This document shows positions 36,101-49,900 of a stretch of 64,000 nt of DNA, one piece after another (the stretch's first letter is position 1; every line of letters starts with the position of its first letter). Under the pieces are notes generated by a model. That model was not told the DNA's origin, did not search any database, and saw nothing but the letters and a program-made list of their open reading frames with translations. The stretch covers positions 21,638,001 through 21,702,000 of the forward strand of contig CM060732.1 of NCBI GenBank assembly GCA_030704615.1, given 5' to 3'. The translations under genes were made by a program, and so were the position numbers. The DNA is from Takakia lepidozioides. Its lineage: Eukaryota > Plantae > Bryophyta.

Positions 36101-39100
36101 CATACGGGGGTTGCTATTCCATATGAACAGGTTGCGTGCATGCATGCACAAAATCCCTTATTATATATGCATGTGACAAATTTGTATGCACACATTGTAG
36201 ATTGTATGCAGTGGAGTTATATAACATAGAATACGACGTATTTATTGCATATGCAAATGTTACATCATATGTATATAGAAAAAATAAAAAATGGACCCTG
36301 GGACCCACTGAATGTTTAATCATTGTTTACACACCAGGGTGACAATCGGATGAGAAACTGATAGGCGGCAGATTTCATTCATCTTGGCCCGGTGATTGCT
36401 TAAGTTGCTAATGCGTTATTGATTGGTTTGGTATAAGAATTTAGGGGCACTCCCAAGTGGAGAGCGGTTCCCCAATGCTCCCGACATAAAAGGCGTTCCC
36501 AGGGCGTTCCCATGGTACCTTGAGGGTAATTTGGTTAGCTCCCACTTCTAATAGAATCTAATTAATTTATGCAAGCTACCAGCCTAGAACAAATTTGGAA
36601 CATGTTATATTCTACATTTTGAAACCCCTACCAGGGATTCTCTCCCCCCTGTCTCTGGGCTCTCTCTCTCTCTGCCTATGGCATCCACCCGTGAGCCGTG
36701 CCTTCACAAGCCCCGGGATACATATCAAATTGATGGCCTCAATCGGGCCTATCCAATGGTACCAACCATTTCTTATCATTTGCTAAAACACGCTTTCATT
36801 CCCATGCAAGAAGAACACCATGAATAGTGCACAAGAAATCAAAGGCATAGGGAGAAAACCCCCCTTAAAATACCCGTACCAGGGACCAACAGTCCCTGGC
36901 GGGGTCCGTCGCAATACCCAGCGGTTAAAACCGATACCCCGCGGCCAGTGCTACGTGGCACGACGTGACTGGCCCGCCGCCGGCGCGGATCCACTGGGTA
37001 ATAGCAAGCTCCGTCGTCTCTGCCGCTCGTGTCGTACCTGCGCGGGCCCAGCTATGGTGCCTGGTGCTACCACGCAGTGTACCAGCAACTCGTACTTTAC
37101 TCCAGGGATGCGCCTTCCCATGGCGATTCTAGGCAACCTCCTTGGTTGACCTCCAGCCTAGAGGCGCCTAAGGCGCTGACACTTTAGTGCTGGGCTCTGC
37201 CTTTTTTGGCAGCTCTCTAGAAAATAGCTTAACCACTTATAAAGCTAGTTAGCATTGCCTCCCATGGTCCTCTATGGCCAGGGGGCTTATGAACTTAAGA
37301 ATATGGAAATTTTGGCGATAGCTTCGCCGTCTCAGGCACTATGGCCGTTGCCACTAAGCTAGCTAGAAAGGGAAATTTGACAAGAGCTTCGCCACTTCAT
37401 GCAAGCTTGCCCTCTCTTTAAACATAATAATGGACATCTACCCTCACTTCCATGACGTAATTGGGTTAGATTCCTAAGGCCCTGTCTCTTGGGGCTTTAT
37501 ACATGTGCTCTTCATACATGCACATAGAGATGCACACACATCATCTTTGAAAGAAGGTTAGTTTTTATAGATTTCTAGCAAGCAAAGCTATAAGGTCCCT
37601 TCTTGGAACAAGCTTAAACAACAAATGGAACAAATGAATTCAAAAGTCAAGATCATATGGTAAGTCACCCTCTGAAACAAATGGTGCTTGGGATGCACTA
37701 AATCGCTCGGTAGAATGGTACTCAAATCTGGTCCTCTTTCGGCACTCCTACTCGTCCTCAAGTCTCCCACTTCATGGAGCGCTTTCTCTACTTCTTGCCT
37801 CAAATGGCCACAAGGCCTTGAGCTAGGACTATCCTGCTCTCACTATGGTTGCTTCTACTACTAGAGAGCCACAAGCTCAACCCTTTAGGATCTAGCTCCC
37901 TCAAGCTTAAAACTAACTACACAAGCAAAAGGCCCAAGCAAAGAAATGAGACTAGATGAAGAACAAGAGGAGCTTGCTCTTCTTTTATTGTGTTTTTGGG
38001 GCCACTTAAACTAGTGAAGTATAGTCTTAAACTATTATTTCCTACATGAGTCTATAATTAAAAAACGATAGAACACCATAAAATAATAACCATGGATGGA
38101 AAACCTTGATGTTAATGATAAATCTGGTTTTTCATCCATCCAATGGATGACCAGTTGGCGCTAGGTTGTCTTCTCATCCACCCAGCTTGCAGGTCGAATT
38201 TCCAGTTTTCATCCATTGGATGAGCTAGAATTCCATTTAATCGCCCTTCGCAACTGCCTCCAGCTTGATAATTTGATGTCGTCTTCCATCACCTCCAAAA
38301 ATCACCAAACATGGTGACAAATTATAATTAGATGCCCCATAGCTACCCGTAAATTCTCAAGGGAATCGGGGAAGCAAAGCCACACCTTTTGTTGGTTTCC
38401 ATGGTTTTGCCATATAGACAGTCTGTCGCTTCCTGTCAGTAAAAATACTGGTGGTGCCCCCAGGGGGTCTTTGGCCCTGCCACTGGGTCACAGATCTTCT
38501 GGAGTTCCCTCCTACACACTTTGCATTGCTGAAGAGTTCAAAACTTTGCCGAGAAGCTCCTTTACCCGTCGTTTGCTCCGATGCAACATTTGCTTTGTCG
38601 CGATATTTTATCGTTATACAGATTGTTTCCTCCAATTGCCAAGACTCCTCGCCACGTGCTCCTACTGGACTTGAAAGGTGGGAGAATAGAGAGATCGCAA
38701 TCCGGGACCGGAACAGTCGTCATGTATTGTTTCGAACAGGTGCATGTTGTCGTTACTGGTACCGAATTGGCAACCTAACTCGCTGTCGATGCAGCTCCCT
38801 ACGGTCATTTTGACACCAGAGCTTCTCCATGGTTGTCTCAGACATGATCTAAATTCCTACGTGTTTTACCAGCGATTCCCAAATAACTCGCAAACTGCCC
38901 TGCTTTGGCAGTACAATGCCTAAAATGTCTGCCTTAAGATAAAAAACGATCTGGAAAGAATTTTGTACCAATACATGCATCTACAGAGAGCTTTAATATA
39001 CTTTGGGGAACCCTGTTTAAATTTCTCATTCATGTTGGATTTGCAGGAGCATCTTTCCATGCATGCAAAAGCGCCGGAAGACACTTCTTCGGCATGGAGG

Positions 39101-40841
39101 CTGATGCAGAGCTCTTTTCTAGCGAGCTTCATCAGCTTGAATCGGGCTCTACTTCTGCCCCCCCCCCCCCCCACAGAGGCAGTTTTGGAGGAGCCCGATG
39201 TACCTGACAAGGATCTAGACGTGGACTCTGATTTTGAGTGTAAGTAAGTCCAGTTTGTTGTCGTGGAATAGGATGTTGCATTCCATTGTGTCATTCCCGT
39301 ACTGTTCTGTTGGTTGCTTCGATGGCAAATTTCGCAATTGTGACAGCTAACACCATTCATCTTGTTGCTTTCCAGAGTGCGGCACCAATCATCGAATCAC
39401 TAGACATCTTTCGGTTTCCAAGGATGCTACATGGCCCCAAGTCCCCCTCGTGCTTACCGCTTGCATGTTTACGCGGAACCATACGTACGGTTGTTGTCCC
39501 AGTTCAAACAACCTGTTCGCCTCTCTATGGGGGGCATGGCAGAAAAAAACATTGCGGACGGGCTGGCGTATTTGTAGATGATATTGCTGCAGAGTCTGGA
39601 AGTAGTTCATCTTCAACCTCCAGTAGTTCGTGGGGTTGATGTACACATGCTTAATAATAGGTGTTTTTGCATTACAAGTATTGCCAACCTGTTCTACTCT
39701 CATCTTTTCACGCAAGCAACTTTTGGTATTTCCTGATGTATATCTACAGATCATCAAACATTGGAAAGTGTATGTGAATTGGAAGGAAGGAACTACATTA
39801 GAAAAGTCGGCATCGTTGTTCGTGTTCATTTCGCTTACGGGCATTGTACTTTGTGGAATATCATGTGACGTGCTCAAAAACCATCCACAAACCTCCCCTT
39901 GTTTCTCGGCCGGAATGAATTTGAATGTGGGGGCGGTCAAGACAGTTCAAAAAGTTAGGACATAAGGCCTTGGGTGCGGAAATAGGGGGGGGCTCGGAAT
40001 TAGGGCCTGCACACGTGGAACCTTGCTGACGTGGCGTGAGCCTGGCCAGGCTCACGCAGAAGCATTCCCCAAAAAATTGTCAGGGCATAAATCTAAGAAA
40101 CTAACTTTTGCCATATATTGTTGGCCAAATGCAAACTTGCAACAAAATCGAGCAGAGAGGAGAAGCAAATGCAGAGGACAGGACCGGAATCCGAAAAGAA
40201 GCACTAAGAAGGCTAACGCTAGGCTCTAAGGGCCTCAAAATTGAGGTGTGTCTTTATCTTCGAATTCATATTCTTCCTGTGCTTCTAATTAATATCATCT
40301 TCAGAATCATGATGAAGAGAGGGCCACGGGCTGGACGGGCCACCAATGGTTGGGGACGGCAGGATGGAAAGAGCATTTGTCTTCCTTTCTGGTGCAGATG
40401 ATTCTTCACCAACTAGAGGCCACCATACCTTGATCACAGTAGTTGTTAGAAATGTTTCAAGCCATAGCACACCACGTATCACAGTCCTCTTATAGTCCTT
40501 TAAGAGTCATAATTATAATTCTTACAGTCATAACAATCCTTATAGTCCTAGATGCAGAGTCAAGTAACCTGATTCGTTTCTCTTGAGAAGATTTACAAAT
40601 AGTTGCAAGCACAACACCCCAAGTTTTTTTCTAGCGTAGCTACGGCGTGAGCCCAGCCCCGTGAGCCTGGGAGCTGAGCTCACGTTGTAGCTGCAAAGCG
40701 TGAGCGGCACCAATGTGCTGGAGAAGCAGGCCCTATAGGCGAGGATTGCATGAAGAGGGCCTATTACCGTGGACAAACGCGGACAAAACAAAGGGGCCAC
40801 CATGCACCATGTCTGCAATGTTTACACAAAAAGAGGAATAT

Positions 40842-40844
<3 letters not shown>

Positions 40845-40888
<44 letters not shown>
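40845..40888. repeat. (GA)22 microsatellite abutting the LINE 3' end
   Basis: Direct count of 44 nt of GA repeats. Confidence 0.98.
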
Positions 40889-40891
<3 letters not shown>

Positions 40892-43800
40892 CTCCGGCCA
40901 AAGCCGGCGTAACTAAGAGCCACTTCGCCTCACGACTACTGCCCCCTCTCGGGGGTGGGCCCTCTCAAAAAGGTGTCCATAGGACACTAGGAGTCTAGAG
41001 GAGCAACGGTACCGTGGGTACCTAGGGTACCCCGGGAGCCAGAGAAGGGTTAGATTCAAGTTTACGTTTGTTAGTGATAATGGCTGTGAGGGAGCGGAGG
41101 GCTGTGAGGTGTATTGATTTGAAACATTTATGAATGGAGAGGATCGGAAGTTTGAAGTTAGTGTGTAGTGCATCGATATTGGCGTTAGGAATGCCACCTC
41201 GAGTGCCAACCGTGATAACCATCAAAGGGCTAGTGACCCAACCCTTATGTCGAAGCGCAAGGATAAGTGGCGCGTATTTAAGCCGTTTGTCTAGCGTTGA
41301 ATCAGCGGGGTATCGATCATGGCAGTATGTAAATTCAATAAAGTAGATGGTGAGGTTTGGGGTTGGAGCGGTGGGTGGGGGGGAATTTAGGGGTAAACCA
41401 TGTACAAGCAAGATGTCTGGGCATAGTCTGGCCGGGCAGGTGCACGGGGGGTGGGAGCAAGTACAAGGGAGAAGCCAGTGGGGGACGGTGTGGTCTGGGG
41501 GTCGTCCTTGGTAAGTACCAGCATTGATTAGCGAGAACCATCTTGTCTCGGCGCGATGGAGGAGGAGTTTATGGATGTGCCAGACTGCTTGGTTATGGCG
41601 GGTTATACGAAGCCCATGGATGACCGGATTTGTACATTGGCTAAGAAAGTGTGGCCAGGTATCACGTTCCTGGTGGGTATGAGAACAGAGGGGGCAGTGC
41701 GGGGATGGGAAGAGGCGTGGCCAGAATATGTGTTTACGTTGATGTCCCATATATTGTGCATATCGGAATTTAAGCGTCTGTTTGATTTGGGTGTCAGTAG
41801 CTGCTTTGGAGTGCCAGAAGTAGTTCGAGAGTTTGTTATGGAGACACACCAGATTGTGTCCATTTTTGTGTATATAGTTTAGTGCGGCTAGCAGATACGG
41901 AGGTTTGCTTATTGGCTGCTCGAGTAAGGGATTTCAAAAGGTTGCCTATGGGTCGGGGCTCAAGGGGTTTGGTATGGGTGTATTAGCCAGAATGGGTGGG
42001 TATGTGCTATGTGGATGGGATCATTGGTAGGGTCAACAGGGGTTTCGTCGGCACCTTCATGGGCAAGAAGGTCGGCAGCCTCGTTCCCCCGGATACCTGT
42101 GTGTGCGCGCACTTTGATAAAGTGAATGGGTTGGTTGATGGAGATAGCTAGGTTGGCGATGGCTGTGATGAGATTACGGTCAGAGTGATAATGGTGAGAA
42201 GATGGGCAAGAGAGGTGGTTACGGATGAGAAAGCGCGAGGTGAGGCTGTCTGTGAAGATATAATGTGGAGGGGGGAATGAGGATAGTTGGGTGAGCGCTT
42301 CAAATATTGCCATTAGTTCTGCACGAAGTATGGTGGCAGGACCAGGAAGTCTGTGAGCGAAGCCCTGATTGGTAGCGGCATGGTATACTCCATAACCTGC
42401 GTGGGAGCCATTGAGGGAGCCGTCGGTGTAGTGGGAGTGGGATGGCGGATATTTGGGAGGTATAGATTGGCAGTAGGATGGGAGGAGCGGGGGGAGTGTA
42501 GGAGGGGCAGGGGACGGGCGCGGTAACGTCTTATTCCATGCCTTGTTTAAGTTAATCCTAGGGAGTGGGCCGGGTGGAATTGTGAGGACTGGGTGTGTGA
42601 GATGCGGGGGAGATTAGATGGTGGTTTTTAGCTTGTGATGTGCGCTTAAGGAGTTGATCCAGTAGGGCAGGGAAGGTGGGAGGTATGGTGAATGAAATGT
42701 GTGGTATGTTGGACATGAAGAAGACGGGTAAGGGTGGGTTCTTTGTAACGAAAGATTGTGGGAGGGCGGGTGTGGATGTACCAGCGTTGGTTAGGTTCGA
42801 TGCGGCGGAGAGGTTACACCGGGGTGGGAATCGTAGGAGGGGGTGGGGACTGTTGGGTAGCTTTGGGTGAGTGAGTAAAAGGATCGTGATGCTTGATGGG
42901 AGGACTGTGTGCCATACGGGCCCATTGGAGGCCTCATGTGTGAGGGGCCTGAAGGGGGGTTGGCAAATCCCCTCCCTGCCATGCGTGGTTGGGTGGCATG
43001 TCCGTGGGGCTCCGAAGATGGAGTCCTGGGGGTGGGGGCTGGCAAAAGTTGTTGATTTTTCCATCGGGCACGTTAAGCGGACTGGAATAATATGAATGAG
43101 TGAGTTCAAAAGTGGTGAGCAATGAGTAGAGAGAGGATATCCAGGGGGATAGTAGTATGAAGCAAATGCTTGTGATAGTTTTGTCAGGGAACGGGGTTTT
43201 TGGGAGAAGTGTCTTGGAGGGTAGCGGGTAGAACAAGCCAAATGAGTTCGGTAGCAAAGTCTTGTCGGGGTGGGTGGATTGAGCGTCACAGGGGGAGGAA
43301 GTAGAGTATTTAGCCCATAGCCAAGCTTAGTCTGTCATTGGAATGAGGCCAAGAAAACGGCCGTTTGAAGTTGTAGATAGTTGACATACGAGGGCCTTGA
43401 CAGATTGTGGGGGAGGTGGCAGGATATCCTTATCTGGATTGCATTCAGTAATGTGTTATGTGTACGTTGGGGGGCGGTAAGTGGTTGTGTTACGTGTTGG
43501 GTTGGTTTGGGAGATATTTGTTGGGGGGTATGCGCGATTTAGTTAGTGTCGGTACGTGTGGAATGCGGTGAGAGGTGAGATTGTGGGCGGGGTCGCAGTT
43601 GTCATGTGAGCCAAAGAGGTCATCCTCGATTTGCCATGAGTTATCATAGCTGTGTGTAGCCGGCCATTGGCATAGGTAATAGGTTATCAATACAAAGGGC
43701 CCCATATGAGTCTGTGGAGGTTTGGGTTTTAATACCTAGGATGGCTTCGATAACATATGCTTCAGGGTTATCTGTGTGGTCATGATGATTTGCAGGAGTG

Positions 43801-46340
43801 CCAGGTGAGGGGGAGCTGGGTGGAAAGTAGTTGGCGTAAGGAATGGCGTGCATTTGCAGGCGGGGGGGGGGGGGGGGGGGGGTTGGACGAAGTCCCTATC
43901 CGAGTGGGGAGAGGTTATAGGGGAGGTGGATGTGGATGGGGTGTCTCTAGTTCCAAGTGTTCCTGCGGTTTGGGAGGCCCTAAGTGTGTGGAGAATAGAG
44001 GGGGATGGGCCTGATCTGTAGGCAGGTAGTAAGTCGCGTTGGGTATGAGGGAAAGAGTGAGCATGGGAAGATCGCATTCAAGGGTACATGATGCAGATGG
44101 GTGGCAAAAGTAGAGTACGTAGGTGTTGGAGGAACCTGCATGTTTTGGCTGTGGCACGAGAATGTTTAAGTGTGAATGCTCCCGGGGTTATAAGTTGAGT
44201 CCATGTGGCGGTGGTAAGTTGGGTGAGATGAGTGATATGCCGTTCTTTGAAATAGGTGAGGAGGGAGCGCTTTTGGCGGGGATGAAGGCGTTCAAAATGG
44301 GAGAGGGAGGGGCCGGTATTTAGGGCGTGTTCTAGCTGTGGTATCATGTTAGGATAGCCGGGTAGGTCGGTTTGGATGCTGATACGCATTTGTCGTAGGA
44401 TGAGTAATGTACGTGCCGTGGGGGAGTGTAGGCAAGATTGGGAATGAAGAGATGGAAGGGATTGTAGCCCATTGAATTTGTGGGCTAGGAATTTAAGAAG
44501 TCCGCGGTAAATAAGTCCTAGGCATCCAGGGTCATTGAGTGCTTCTTGTAGCTGGGTACCAAGGGTTCGGGCATATGAAATAATCAGGGGGCTATAACCG
44601 ACGCCGTAATAGTCTGTCGGGAGTTGGGTGAGGGCATTAGGAGTACTGGTAGGTAAGCCACATATTCGCTTGGTTAGTTGAGTGATGTGTTTGTCTAGTA
44701 CTTTGAGATCTGGGAGGGAGAAAGGAGCGGCGTGAAAAGAGTATTGGACTTGTGGCTTAAGCACAGAGCTGATGATTGATAGTTTGGGTCTAATGGAGAC
44801 AGGGGATTTAAGAAGAGCCAGGCTTTTGTTAGAGAGCTTAGCAAGTGTGGTGGTCTTTTGCACATGCCAAGTGAGTGATGGGACTAGCTGGATACCTAAG
44901 TATGTGTAAGGCTCATGGGGTCCCAAAAAGGGGAAGGAGTTGTTTAGGTAATGGATGTAGAGTTTACAATGAGAAGCCATCGCAGTTTTTGTTAATTTAC
45001 TGCGGTGGGTTGCTGCGGTAACGACGCACTTGTGGAGGCTAAGTTCCATGCCGGACCATAAATTAAAGCGGGATAACTTGCTGACTTGTCGGTTGAGGTG
45101 TTGGGGTTTGTGAGCTAGAATAGCGAGGTCGTCAGCGTATGCGGCGGCGGAGATTTCATTGAGGGAGGTTTTATAGTGATAGCCGAGATTTCCACGTGCT
45201 GACCATCTTAGTAGAGGTTCTAAAAAGATAATAAAGAGGTATGGACTGAGGGTATCACCCTGGATGGTACCGCATAGGATAGGAATAGGTGGGGTAGTAC
45301 CATAGTATGAACCGGAGTATTCCGTAGTGCTGTTGGTATAGATGTTGCCAATGAGTAGGATGGCATCGATGGGATAACCGAGGTCCGTCATGATGGCAAG
45401 TAGTCTGGCATGGTCTAAGGATCCGAAGGCATTTTTAAAGTCTATATACAAGAGATAGATATCTTGTTTAGTGAGCTTGGCATCTTCGAGGGCTGAGAGG
45501 ACGTATTGTATTTGACGAGTTGTGCTACGTGTGGCTCGGAAGCCCTCCTGGGGATCACTCAGAATATGGTGTTGTTCACCGTAATTGGATAGCAGCGTGG
45601 TCAGTGTGCTGGTAAATAATTTATAGATAGTATTGGCTAGGGCTATGGGTCTGTAGTTACTGAGGTTAGTTGGGTCGCCTTTCTTAAATAGCAGGATGGT
45701 GCGGCTGTGTTTCCAAGTAGGTGGGATACGTTTGAGTTGGTAACATAGTTTGAAAAAGGGATAGACCTTTGAGGCAAGAGTCATAGAGATCTAGCGTGAA
45801 AAGGTCATGTATGCGGTCTATGGGTACCCCACGTTTGTCTAATGAGAAGCCGTCTAGGTCATGCCATGGGTAATGTTTGACTTTACATAAACAGTTGGGG
45901 TGGTGGTGGTCAGGGTGTAGGCAGTTTGCGACAACGGGCGTATAGGAAGTGGATGCTTGTATCCATATTTCTTTGTTGATATCAGTGGGGCTTGTCAAGA
46001 AGTGGCCCAGTCGATGTTTAAGGCAGTCAATTGGTGGATTGAGCATAGGGTTAAAGATGGCTTTGTGCGCTCTTTTAGGATGGTCATGTAGGAGCTGGCC
46101 AAAGGAGGTGATAAACTTTTTGTGGTTATCGCTAGCTTTTTGTTTGGTTATAAGATATGCGGCTTTTTTTGCGTCCCTTCCTAGCTTGGCAAGGGCAGCA
46201 ACCCAGTTCGGGATGGTACTGTGGTCCATAGGACGGGGCAAGAGGGCTTGGCATACTGGGAGAGAGTTTAGGCAAATAATATTGAATTCCCTTGCGGGCC
46301 ATCGCCATTTACTACCCAAATGCGCAGGCGGACCATCTCC
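40889..46340 (-). mobile_element. 5'-truncated Dualen/RandI-like non-LTR retrotransposon: RT, chromodomain-like, PCIF1-like MTase-like, RNase H, CCHC plus restriction-like endonuclease
   Basis: RT 45784-44078 (NYRPIAL, YIDFKNAF, GTIQGDTLSP, AYADDL); RNase H ~42435-42040 (YTDGS, RAELMAI, FTDS, KVRAHTGIRGNEAADLLA); C-terminus 41849-41022 (CPLC...HFLSQC, RHNQAV, CPDILLV, IEFTYC, K..KY, ITVGTRG). RT+RNase H+RLE is the established Dualen architecture; the APE part would be in the lost 5' end. Confidence 0.85.
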
Positions 46341-46934
46341 ATCACATTGTCAAGCTCCCTAGCATTCCCTGAGCATTGCTCCATTCTGAACTTCAAACTA
46401 GACTCCCACCATTGGAAGAGCCCGTACCTTCACCATTTGTATCTAACAAGGAGCCGTGCCTTGTCACTTTTTAATTTTTTGACCTTTTCTCTCATGTTGG
46501 AAAGCCATAAAAGCAACATGTTCCTCTCCCATTCCTACACTCACCCATGTGGAATAATAATACAATGAATATGGAATATTCTATATGGAATATTCTTATT
46601 TCATCCTTTGATATTTTGACTATAGACCCTAAGATTAGATGAATCATAATTTTTATTTTTATTTTTTTTTGGTACCCTTATTTAAGTGTTGTGCATATAA
46701 AATTGTTCTTATGCATATCTAAAATTTGTATGCACGCATACATTCCTCCATATGCATGCATTTGTGTGCGCATATAGTATAGGCTACCTCACAACAAGTG
46801 TACACCTGATGTCAGTGACCCAGGACCTGACAAGTCTCAGCATTGTGAGGGTGCTCACGTTATTCAGCAATTAACACAAGAAACCAGCAGAACTGATCTT
46901 GGGGAATATGTGGACAAGGCGATGAATAAGGAAG

Positions 46935-49900
46935 CCCCCCTCCATGGACATTCCCACCTGGAATGTCCAGTAGGACAACACATATGGCATAGGTTTCCCT
47001 TTTCTGTACTCGAAAAGGGTTCCGTTACCCTTACACTGAATGCATTAATGGGCCCACAATTAGTATTAGCTGCTGTACCCGGGTAGGTACTTTGACGGCC
47101 TTATTTGTCCTCTTGCATGATGAAACCCACTTTTGCAATCGATGTAGTGCGGTGTGCTTCGCCTTAGTGGCCACGTGTCCGTTTCTAAACATGCCGCCGA
47201 CTTCCCCTCTCCGCGTGGCACATTCTCCAAGTTTGACTTCCAAACTTTTTTTTCACTTGATAGCCACTTTTCTAACGTTAATTCGCGTCCACCTGTTACT
47301 GACCCTATGGACTGTGTAACCTGCATGGGCTGGGTTGGGCTGTGACAGGCTGTGTGGCATAGGGGGGGCTGTGGAGGATGTGGGTGACGCTGTGAGGGGT
47401 GTGTGATAGGCTTTGTCACGATGTGATGGGCTATGATAGGCTGTGTCACGCTGTGATGGGCTGTGATAGCTATGCGAACACCTGTACTTTCTGCCCTGGT
47501 CATATACGCTCGGCTTAGCGACAAGTGCTACATACTCCGTTGGTATCACTGGCGCAGCCCGTGACTGTTTTTGCGTTTCAACATGCAAATCGTGCTGCAA
47601 TGGTTTGTCATGGATACCACTGTACCCTTCAACTTATTGACATTGATTCTTCTCAGCATTTCTTTGTTAATGGTTTGTAACATGGCGGTGTTGTTATCAT
47701 ACATCTTCTGTATAACTGCCGTCAGCAGCTTTGTATCCCAATCCGTTCTGTTTGCATTGACTATCTTAGCCAAGATAGTACATAGTATTTTGTTGGTAGC
47801 CTCTGCCTGCCCATTACCCTGTGGGTAATATGTTGTACTCTTCCTATGCACAATCATGAACTCCTTAGTCAATAGTTCAATGGTCTCATTAATGAAGTGA
47901 CTTCCCTGGTTACTGATAAATTCCAGGGGACAGCCAAATCGTGTAAGTATGTTCTCATACATGAACCTTGCTGTGGACTTGGCTGTGTTGTCCCTCAGAG
48001 CTTTAGCTTCCACCCACTTCGTAGTATAATCAGTGGCTGTAATTATGTACTTGTTCTGTGTGTTTCTTGGCTGGTGGATTAATGGTCCAACAAAGTCTAG
48101 TCCCCATTTCTGAAATGGTTCAGTAGGCATCGTAGGATGCAAAGCCATCTTCCTAGATCTCTGCAAAGGTCCTAGCCTCTGACACTCATCACAACTCTGA
48201 CAATACTTGTGTACATCTTTGAACAAAGTAGGCCACCAGTAACCTGCAAGTAGTATCTTCCTACAAGTAGTCTCTTCTCCAAAATAACCTCCAGCCACTC
48301 CTTTATGAACTTCCTCCAAAACTTTATTTACTTCATGGTGGTACAAGCATCGTTTAAGTACTCCATCAGGTCCTAGCTTATACATTCTGCCCCCTACCAT
48401 AGTATAAGGTAAAGCCTTGATAGCGATTCTCTTCCTCTGCTCCTTACCATAACTAGGTGGGCACTGACCATGAGTAAGGTAGTATCTGATTGGCCACTGC
48501 CAATCTAACCATTCATCTGCACTTCCCTGCACCTCCATTGCAAATAAACTCGCATCAGGTAATTGGTCATCTACTCATGTGGCTGGCTCTCCTGTTGTTA
48601 GGCGTGACAAATGATCTGCCACAAGATGCAAATGGCCAGGCTTGTAAACAACTTCGAACTCAAACTCGTGCAAGAATTAACCACCTTGCTATCCTTCCAC
48701 TTATCAAAGGTTTGTCCACCAGATATATCAGAGCCTGGTGATCTACATAAAATATAAACTTTCTTCCCAATAGGTAATGCCTGAATTTCTTGACTGCATA
48801 AATCATTGCCAGTGCTTCTCTTTCAGTTGTGCTATAGTTCCTTTCAGCACTGTTCATCAACCTGCTAGCATAGTACACAGGTGAATCTATATTTCATGTA
48901 ACATTTTGGGCTAACACCGCTCTCAACGCTTCCCATGAGGCATCACAGTGACCATGAAATACTACATGCCAGTGAGGGTTAATCAGCACAGGTGTAGTTG
49001 TTACTGACAATGTAAGTTCCTCAAAAGCCTGTTGACATTCAGCTGTCCATGCAAACACTGCATCTTTCTTCAGAAGCTTGCTCAATGGTGCTGCTATCTG
49101 TGCATACCTTTTGACAAATCTTCTGTAATAACTGGTTTGTCCAAGGAATCTCCTTAGACTCTTAACATTTACTGGTGGTGGAGAGACTTTAATAGCCTTT
49201 GTCTTCTTGGGATCCACAAGAAGTCCCCTCTTACACACAATGTGTCCCAAAAGCACCCCTGAGTTCACACAGAAAGTACACTTCTCTGGATTCAGGCCCA
49301 GACCTCTCATCCTGCATCTGGCCAAACATAACTCCAATTTATGCAAGTGCTCATTCTTAGAGCTGTACACACTGAAATCATCCAAGAACACCTTCATGAA
49401 ATCATCCAGATACTCATGAAAAGATTCACTTATCACTCTCTGAAAGGTTGCTGGTGCATTACAAAGTCCAAAAGGCATGACTTTGTATGCATAAGCACCC
49501 CAGTCTGTGATGAAAGCTGTCTTTCCCTGGTCTTCTTCTGCCACTTGCACTTGATTATAACCAAAGAAGCCATCCATGAATGAGTACATCTCATGGCCTA
49601 CCACAGTGTCCAATACCGCTTCTGTGAATGACAAGGGAAAATGATCTTTCTTCGTGCAAGCATTCAACTTCTTATAGTTCATACAAACTCTCAGTTTACC
49701 ATTCTTCTTGGCAACTATCACAATGGGTGACAACCAAGTTGTATACTCTATCAGGTATATAAACTTAGCCTCAGCCAACTTCTTGATCTCTTCTCCAACC
49801 TTCTGTGCATAGTTGGGATTCATTCTGTACCTTGTCTGTTTGATTGGTACTGACCCTGGTTCCAGTTCAATCTTATGCTGACAGATCTCAGGTGGTGGTA

